DNA from: Nitrospirota bacterium
Lineage (GTDB): Bacteria; Nitrospirota; UBA9217
Reading direction: 5' to 3'
Assembly (NCBI GenBank): GCA_963740085.1
Contig: CAVUCU010000001.1
Coordinates: forward strand, 1,504,001-1,568,000
DNA: 64,000 bases
In this document: piece by piece, positions 58,274-64,000 of the stretch
How the letters are laid out: every line of letters starts with the position of its first letter
How positions within the stretch are numbered: the first letter of the stretch is position 1
Notes under the pieces: generated by a model
Databases searched by the model: none
Seen by the model: the letters and a program-made list of their open reading frames with translations, nothing else
What the model was told of the DNA's origin: nothing
Program-made: the position numbers and the translations under genes

Positions 58274-59389
58274 TTACACTCTCATCGGCATCACAACGCA
58301 CTTGTAGTTTTCGTCGCCCTCTTCAGTTATCAGGCAAGGGCTCAGTGCATCGCTCAGTTCAAGAGAGATGATCTCCCGGTCCATGGCCAAAAGCACATCC
58401 ATGAGATAGCGCGAGTTGAACCCGATCGCGATCGACTCTCCCTTGTAATCCACCGCCATCTCTTCATTTGCCTCACCCACTTCCGGATTGTTCGTGGAGA
58501 GAATGAGCCGGCCCGGATCGAGCTGCAGCTTCACGGCGTTGGTCTTTTCCTTGGAAAGGATCGAAACGCGCTTCACCGCGTGTGTGAATGCGTCCTTGGA
58601 CACGGAGACCTTCTTCGTGCTCTTCGCGGGCACAACCTGGAGATAGTTTGGATAGTTGCCGTCTATGAGCTTTGATACCATGATAAGTCCATCGCGCTTG
58701 AACAGCGCGTGGTTCTTGCTGAATCCCAGGCGGAGCTCCGCCTTCGGCGCATCTTCCTCAAGGAGCCGTCGGAGCTCCACCATCGCCTTTTTGGGGATGA
58801 TGACGCTCTCTTCCTTGTGTTTTTCGTCCACCACCCGGTCGACCATCGAAAGCCGGTGTCCGTCGGTACCAACCATACGGATGTTGAGACCGCTCTTGGA
58901 CTGGGTCATATGGACAAAGAGGCCGTTCAGTACATACCGCGCATCGTTCTCGCCCACGGCGTAGAGCGTCTTCTTGATCATGTCGCGCAAGGTATCGCCT
59001 TCGATGATGATCATGCCTTCTTCCGCAACATCCGGGAGCGCGGGGTACTCGTCCCTGGGTAAGCCGACCAGCTTGAACTGTGAGTGGCCTGTTTGTATCT
59101 TTACCCAGTTGTTGTCTTCGACTTTGATCTGGATGTCCTCTGCCGGGAGCTCCCGTACGATCTCATACATCTTTTTCGCCGACACGGTGACAGAGCCGGG
59201 CTTCTCCACCACCGCCGCATATCGTCCGCGCAACCCGATCTCAAGGTCCGTCGCGATGATCTCGACGCCGCTGGTGTCGGCAATGAGGAGCATGTTCGAA
59301 AGAATGGGCATGGTGTTCTTCTTTTCCACGACACCTTGAATCCTCTGTAACCCCTTCAGAATTTCCTCTTTTTTTATTGTCAGTTTCAT
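58274..59389 (-). CDS. dnaN: DNA polymerase III beta clamp
   Basis: ATDLE, GTDGHRL, IGFNSRYL, VVMPMRV. Confidence 0.98.
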   Translation of the reverse strand: MKLTIKKEEILKGLQRIQGVVEKKNTMPILSNMLLIADTSGVEIIATDLEIGLRGRYAAVVEKPGSVTVSAKKMYEIVRELPAEDIQIKVEDNNWVKIQTGHSQFKLVGLPRDEYPALPDVAEEGMIIIEGDTLRDMIKKTLYAVGENDARYVLNGLFVHMTQSKSGLNIRMVGTDGHRLSMVDRVVDEKHKEESVIIPKKAMVELRRLLEEDAPKAELRLGFSKNHALFKRDGLIMVSKLIDGNYPNYLQVVPAKSTKKVSVSKDAFTHAVKRVSILSKEKTNAVKLQLDPGRLILSTNNPEVGEANEEMAVDYKGESIAIGFNSRYLMDVLLAMDREIISLELSDALSPCLITEEGDENYKCVVMPMRV

Positions 59390-59476
59390 CAGGAACGCCT
59401 CCTGTTACAACTTCGAAATTCTATCAGAATCCCTCTTAAAAAGCAATTAAATTATTTGGTGTATTGTTTATTCTTT

Positions 59477-60808
59477 TCAATGTCTTAGCTGCTTAATTAA
59501 CATCTCTACCTTGGCTTTTAATTCCGGGTCTTTTTCTTTTTTTTCTTCGATCACTTTGCATGCGTGGATAACGGTGCTGTGGTCCTTGCCGCCAAAAAAA
59601 TTGCCGATTTCCGGAAGCGATGATCCGGCGAGACTTCGGCAAAGATACATGGCTACCTGGCGCGGCAGTACCACCGCCCTGGTGCGGCGTTTCGATTTGA
59701 GATCAGAAATCTTCACGCCGAACGCTTCGGACACGACTTTCTGCACCAGCTCGTTGGTAATGACCCGTTCACGGCTGTCAAGAAGGTACTTAAGCTCATT
59801 TTTGGCAAGTTCCTGAGTTATCTCGGTGTTCGTAAGCGATGAGACAGCGCCGAGCTTCACCAGGCCTCCTTCGAGCTCCCGGATGTTGCTCTTCATCATC
59901 AAGGCAAGAAATTCCGCAACGTCATCGGGCAGGCGTATGCTCCAGAACTCCGCCTTTTTCTTCAGGATCGCGATCCGGGTTTCAAGGTCGGGCAGCTGAA
60001 TGTCCGTTATCAGGCCGGACTCAAAACGCGAACGGAGCCGTTCTTCGATATCAGGAATTTCCTTGGGTTGCCGGTCGCTGGTGAGCACGATCTGCTTCTG
60101 AGCTTCATAAAGAGTGTTGAATGTATGAAAAAATTCCTCTTGGGTCCTCTCTTTGCCGGCAATAAACTGAATATCATCAATGAGCAGAACATCCATGTTC
60201 CGATATTTCTGACGGAACTCCTCCATCCGCTGATGACTCATTTTGTTGATAAGTTCGTTCGTGAACTGCTCGGACGAGAGATACGCAACTTTAGTTCGCG
60301 GTGACTTGCTCTGAATGTGGTGGCCGATAGCGTTCACGAGATGTGTCTTGCCCAACCCGACGCCGCTGTAAATAAAGAGCGGATTGTACGACCGGCCCGG
60401 CGCGTCCGCCACAGCTCTGGCCGCGGCGTGCGCAAATTGGTTGCTGGGGCCAACGACAAAATTGGTAAAGGTATACTTTTTTTCGAAAAGGCCTATCTTG
60501 TCCTCGCGGCCCTCTTTTTTTTCTTCTTTTGCATGACGAACAGCTTTTTTCACCGTCACTTGGGGCTGGACAAAAAAATCGATTTCCATGTCCTCTCGCT
60601 TCGTAACTTCCTTGATGACATCGGAAAGAGTGCTCCAATGATGCTCTTTTATCCAGTCCCGATGAAACTTACTCGGGACCTCGATCTGTATCTTACTGCC
60701 ATCGATTGACAGGAGCTTCGACTGACTAAACCAGGTGTCATAACCCTGCTTGGACATTCGGTTTTCTATGAGCAATAGTATCTCTTCCCAAACACGTTCC
60801 TGATCCAT
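59477..60808 (-). CDS. dnaA: Chromosomal replication initiator DnaA
   Basis: YNPLFIYSGVGLGKTHL, IDDIQF, QEEFFHTFN, GGKDHSTV. Confidence 0.98.
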   Translation of the reverse strand: MDQERVWEEILLLIENRMSKQGYDTWFSQSKLLSIDGSKIQIEVPSKFHRDWIKEHHWSTLSDVIKEVTKREDMEIDFFVQPQVTVKKAVRHAKEEKKEGREDKIGLFEKKYTFTNFVVGPSNQFAHAAARAVADAPGRSYNPLFIYSGVGLGKTHLVNAIGHHIQSKSPRTKVAYLSSEQFTNELINKMSHQRMEEFRQKYRNMDVLLIDDIQFIAGKERTQEEFFHTFNTLYEAQKQIVLTSDRQPKEIPDIEERLRSRFESGLITDIQLPDLETRIAILKKKAEFWSIRLPDDVAEFLALMMKSNIRELEGGLVKLGAVSSLTNTEITQELAKNELKYLLDSRERVITNELVQKVVSEAFGVKISDLKSKRRTRAVVLPRQVAMYLCRSLAGSSLPEIGNFFGGKDHSTVIHACKVIEEKKEKDPELKAKVEMLIKQLRH

Positions 60809-60854
60809 ACATACCCCAAAATACCCCGAAAAACCGCCCTAGTTACAAACATGC

Positions 60855-61079
60855 TTATCCACAGGTGTGGACAATGTGTTTTTTTATTAATTTTCCTGTA
60901 GTTACTACTTCATGCGGAGGCTTATCGTCCGCTTTTCGATGCCCTATTTTTACGAGTTTTTGTGTATTGCTGCCTAACCGAGCCTAGCATGCATCTTGCT
61001 AGTCTGTTCTGAACGCCGCATGCGAACGTGGCAGACTATACCAGAACACAGGCCTTCTGGCAAGGTATTTTTATCCACA
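60855..61079. promoter_or_regulatory. DnaA boxes upstream of dnaA
   Basis: TTATCCACA 60855-60863, TGTGGACAA 60866-60874, TTATCCACA 61071-61079. Confidence 0.85.
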
Positions 61080-61234
61080 TTGTCCCCCTGTTCTCCCGCC
61101 TCCTCGGTATTGTTCTGTGTCAAAAACATGCCTGGTAAACTGACATATCACGAACCATGAATTAAGCACAGCAGATTAAAAATCATCAATCTCCCGATTG
61201 TTTCTTGCGCTCTTCTCCATGATAATATAATTGC

Positions 61235-61262
61235 TTGACATTGCAACTATCAATAGTATAAT
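61235..61262 (+). promoter_or_regulatory. Sigma70 promoter of tusA-dsrE2
   Basis: TTGACA-16 nt-TATAAT. Confidence 0.7.
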
Positions 61263-61315
61263 ATAACAGTCGTTTCAAACGACGAGTTGTTTTCTATTTT
61301 TCGGAGGTGACGGAT

Positions 61316-61558
61316 ATGTCAGAAGATATAAAGTTTGATCAGTTTTTAGATGCAAAGGGAATGAGCTGCCCGCTGCCGATTTTAAAAACAAAAAAAGCAG
61401 TGGACGCACTTTCAAAGGACCAGGTTCTCAAGGTAGAGTCCACGGATGCCGGTTCAAAGAACGATATGGCATCATGGGCAAAAAGAACAGGTAATGTGAT
61501 CCTGAAAACAGAGGAAGCATCGGGCACGTATACCTTCTACATTAGAAAAACCACCTAA
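61316..61558 (+). CDS. tusA: TusA-family sulfur carrier
   Basis: LDAKGMSCPLP (CPxP); GGAGG RBS. Confidence 0.88.
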   Translation: MSEDIKFDQFLDAKGMSCPLPILKTKKAVDALSKDQVLKVESTDAGSKNDMASWAKRTGNVILKTEEASGTYTFYIRKTT

Positions 61559-61573
61559 GGAGAACACAATATC

Positions 61574-62047
61574 ATGGCAAACAAAAAATTGACGATCATC
61601 GCGTCCAAAGGCTCACTGGATATGGCCTACCCGCCATTGATCCTCGCCACCACTGCCGCGTCGATGGATGTCGATACAACGATCTTCTTCACCTTTTACG
61701 GACTGGAGATCATCAAAAAGGGCAACGCAGACAAGCTGAAGATCTCTCCCCTCGGAAATCCTGCCATGCCGATGCCCATGCCGATCCCGACGCTGATTTC
61801 GTCACTGCCGGGCATGGAGGCCATGGCGACCGCCATGATGAAGTCCATGTTCAATAAACACGGCGTGGCGACCATCGGCCAGTTGCTCGATCTTGCCAAG
61901 GAGGCGGGTGTAAAGCTCATCGCCTGCCAGATGACCATGGATGTAATGGGTGTAAAGCAGTCAGACATCATCGACGGCGTTGAGTTCGGTGGTGCGGCGG
62001 CATGGCTGGATGAGGCGGCAGACTCCCAGATCAATCTCTTCATCTGA
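61574..62047 (+). CDS. DsrE2-like (DrsE_2) sulfur relay protein
   Basis: GSLDMAYPPLILA, FFTFYGL, IACQMTMD. Confidence 0.85.
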   Translation: MANKKLTIIASKGSLDMAYPPLILATTAASMDVDTTIFFTFYGLEIIKKGNADKLKISPLGNPAMPMPMPIPTLISSLPGMEAMATAMMKSMFNKHGVATIGQLLDLAKEAGVKLIACQMTMDVMGVKQSDIIDGVEFGGAAAWLDEAADSQINLFI

Positions 62048-62089
62048 AAAAAGACCCTCTTCTTTCAATCCACGTCAGCCTTAACAACT

Positions 62090-62122
62090 AAACCGGTTCC
62101 GCCCAGGGACCGGTTTGTTTTT
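62090..62122 (+). terminator. Intrinsic terminator
   Basis: aaaccggttcc-gccca-gggaccggttt-gttttt. Confidence 0.7.
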
Positions 62123-62178
62123 TCTCTTTTTTTTCTCTCCTCTGGACTTTTCCGCCGGTTTATGATAAAAATCCCTCT

Positions 62179-62523
62179 ATGCTGATTCCCGATAACCTGA
62201 AGTACGACGACAAGGGACTGATACCCGCAATCATCCAGGATTGGAAGACGAATGAGGTTTTGATGATGGCGTACATGAACGCCGCGTCGCTGCAAAAAAC
62301 CGTTGCGACCGGCCTCACCTGGTATTGGAGCCGCTCACGACAGAAGTTCTGGCAAAAGGGCGAGACCTCCGGCCATATTCAGCGCGTTAAGGAAATTCTC
62401 TACGATTGCGATCAAGACACGCTGCTCATCAAGGTAGAACAGACCGGGCCTGCCTGTCATACAGGAGAGCGGTCCTGCTTTTTCAGAAGCTTTGCCGGCG
62501 ATTCGCAAGGAGAAAAAAAATGA
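62179..62523 (+). CDS. hisI: Phosphoribosyl-AMP cyclohydrolase
   Basis: WSRSR, KGETSG, DCDQD, ACHTG..SCF. Confidence 0.95.
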   Translation: MLIPDNLKYDDKGLIPAIIQDWKTNEVLMMAYMNAASLQKTVATGLTWYWSRSRQKFWQKGETSGHIQRVKEILYDCDQDTLLIKVEQTGPACHTGERSCFFRSFAGDSQGEKK

Positions 62524-62873
62524 GCCTGGCCTCAAACTGCCTGTTTTGCAGGATCATCGAGAAAAAGATCCCCGCAAAGATCGTCCACGAGGACGAATAC
62601 TCGATCGCTTTTGAGGACCTCAACCCCCAGGCGCCGGTCCATACGCTCATTGTGCCGAAAAAACATATCGCAGATATTCACAGTCTCGTTGTCACGGACC
62701 GCGAAATCATCGGGCACTTGTTCTTTGTTGCCAAGACCCTTGCTTCCCAGCAGGGGCTCGATAAGGGTGGTTATCGGATGGTCATCAATAACGGGCAGGA
62801 TGCCGGCCAGTCTGTTTTCCATGTTCATCTTCATCTGTTATCCGGCCGCAAATTCGCGTGGCCTCCGGGTTAA
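62520..62873 (+). CDS. hinT: Histidine triad nucleotide-binding protein
   Basis: [20 protein letters not shown]. Confidence 0.94.
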   Translation: MSLASNCLFCRIIEKKIPAKIVHEDEYSIAFEDLNPQAPVHTLIVPKKHIADIHSLVVTDREIIGHLFFVAKTLASQQGLDKGGYRMVINNGQDAGQSVFHVHLHLLSGRKFAWPPG

Positions 62874-62889
62874 TAAACTGCTAACATTT

Positions 62890-63121
62890 TCCTGTGAATG
62901 TTTTATTGATAAACTGTGTACAAGATTTCATACATGGTTATCAACACCGTTATCCTCTTTTGAACACAGAACTGACCGGTGTTTGTCCCTTCTCTATTCA
63001 TCTTTTTTATCAGTACCTTTTTCCCTTTTCTCACATATCAACAGCTCCTACTACTACTGCTACTAATTTATTTAATATATAATAATAGTAATTAAGACGA
63101 AATACCAGAAGATGGATAACT
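62890..63121. other. oriC: Probable oriC unwinding region (DnaA boxes, DnaA-trios, AT-rich tract)
   Basis: Box-like TGTGTACAA 62915, TTATCAACA 62938, TTTCTCACA/ATATCAACA 63027-63043, then GCTC-CTACTACTACTGCTACTA and an almost pure AT run to about 63095. Confidence 0.75.
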
Positions 63122-63342
63122 TCAGCCAAACGAGTTATTTTACAAAAAGCAGTCCATTAAAAAAAATAATTGGATATATATTCGAACCGGTGGTATCTTG
63201 ATTCGCATGATGGCTCTTGCATCAGCAGGAGAATCAAAGCAGTTAAAAAAATCGAGCAATGAAAAAGAGGCCGTTTTAAAACAGTGCGTGTTTGCTCAAA
63301 GAAAAAGTATACTATAATCGGCAGTGAAACCAGGAGGAGTCA

Positions 63343-63711
63343 ATGGAAAACAAGGAATTCGTATTTGTCATCACCCATTCGTATGACGCGATCGAACGTG
63401 CAGCAGCAGCACTCCAGCTCGCAACCAACATGGCGGCTTTTGATGCCAAGATCGACTTTTTTTTAATGAACGAAGGGGTCCATCTGGCGCGCAGAGGATT
63501 TGCTGAATCCGTAACATGGCAACATGGGTTCTCACCGATCGCAGAACTTATGAAAAGCCTGGTGGAAGATTTTGACTGCAAATTTTATATTTGTGCATCC
63601 TGTGTGAAGCCATATGGTCTTGAGGGTGCGGAATGGATCAAGAATTCAGAGGTTAAGCCGGGCTCCTTTCTTGGAGAACTCCTCATGAAACGTCAGAACG
63701 TGACGTTCTGA
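63343..63711 (+). CDS. DsrE/DsrF-like protein
   Basis: FFLMNEGV.LA and CASC motifs; AGGAGG RBS. Confidence 0.75.
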   Translation: MENKEFVFVITHSYDAIERAAAALQLATNMAAFDAKIDFFLMNEGVHLARRGFAESVTWQHGFSPIAELMKSLVEDFDCKFYICASCVKPYGLEGAEWIKNSEVKPGSFLGELLMKRQNVTF

Positions 63712-63731
63712 TACACCGTACAGGGAAAACC

Positions 63732-63941
63732 GTGAACGATTATTACCTGGAAAACAAAGAGGTTATTGAGTTGCACGACCTCTTGAAAGTCCTGGGATTG
63801 TGCAATAGCGGGGGCATGGCAAAGACCGCGATCGCAGCGGGTTCTGTGAAGGTAGATGGAAACGTGGAATTGCGCAAACGATGTAAAATACGGAGAGGTC
63901 AAATCGTTGAATTTCAAGGACGGAAAATTAATGTTATCTGA
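63732..63941 (+). CDS. S4-domain RNA-binding protein (YaaA/YbcJ-like)
   Basis: IELHDLLK..G...SGG.AK..I..G.VKVDG.VELRKRCKI. Confidence 0.88.
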   Translation: MNDYYLENKEVIELHDLLKVLGLCNSGGMAKTAIAAGSVKVDGNVELRKRCKIRRGQIVEFQGRKINVI

Positions 63942-64000
63942 GGAACGACAACTGTATCAGTACACATCATGCACGAACGGAGCCCAAATCCTGGTATATA

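Overview
Core-chromosome window around the replication origin of an anaerobic, moderately GC-rich bacterium. Gene content and order suggest Nitrospirota or Desulfobacterota (inference only). The minus strand carries dnaA-dnaN-gyrB-gyrA-TPR-serS, all four tRNA-Ser isoacceptors, tRNA-Arg(ACG), tadA, SRP RNA, dnaX-ybaB-recR, porCDAB, mglBA and tRNA-Asn. It also carries rplM-rpsI-argC-argJ and rpsU-yqeY-mutS2-dnaG-rpoD-tRNA(CAT)-zinc ribbon-(truncated rnhA)-rnpB. The plus strand carries rpsB-tsf-pyrH-frr and an ACT/LIV-ABC/PaaK operon that converges on paaK2-iorAB. An accessory stretch runs from about 31.5 to 41 kb. Most notable: (1) About 20 intergenic elements share one architecture (a tandem run of 7-9 bp units, a spacer, then the inverted run) but use at least 7 different unit sequences. 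They dock at stop codons of core genes, one is nested inside another, and one family precedes every tRNA-Ser and the SRP RNA. (2) A DnaA-box/DnaA-trio/AT-rich unwinding site lies about 2.2 kb from dnaA, with sulfur-carrier genes on both sides. (3) A sigma54/IHF-controlled pair of paralogous small membrane proteins sits between two ribosomal operons. (4) A diheme cytochrome c lipoprotein carries thrombospondin-like repeats. No database searches or folding programs were run; all calls come from reading the sequence and the ORF track.
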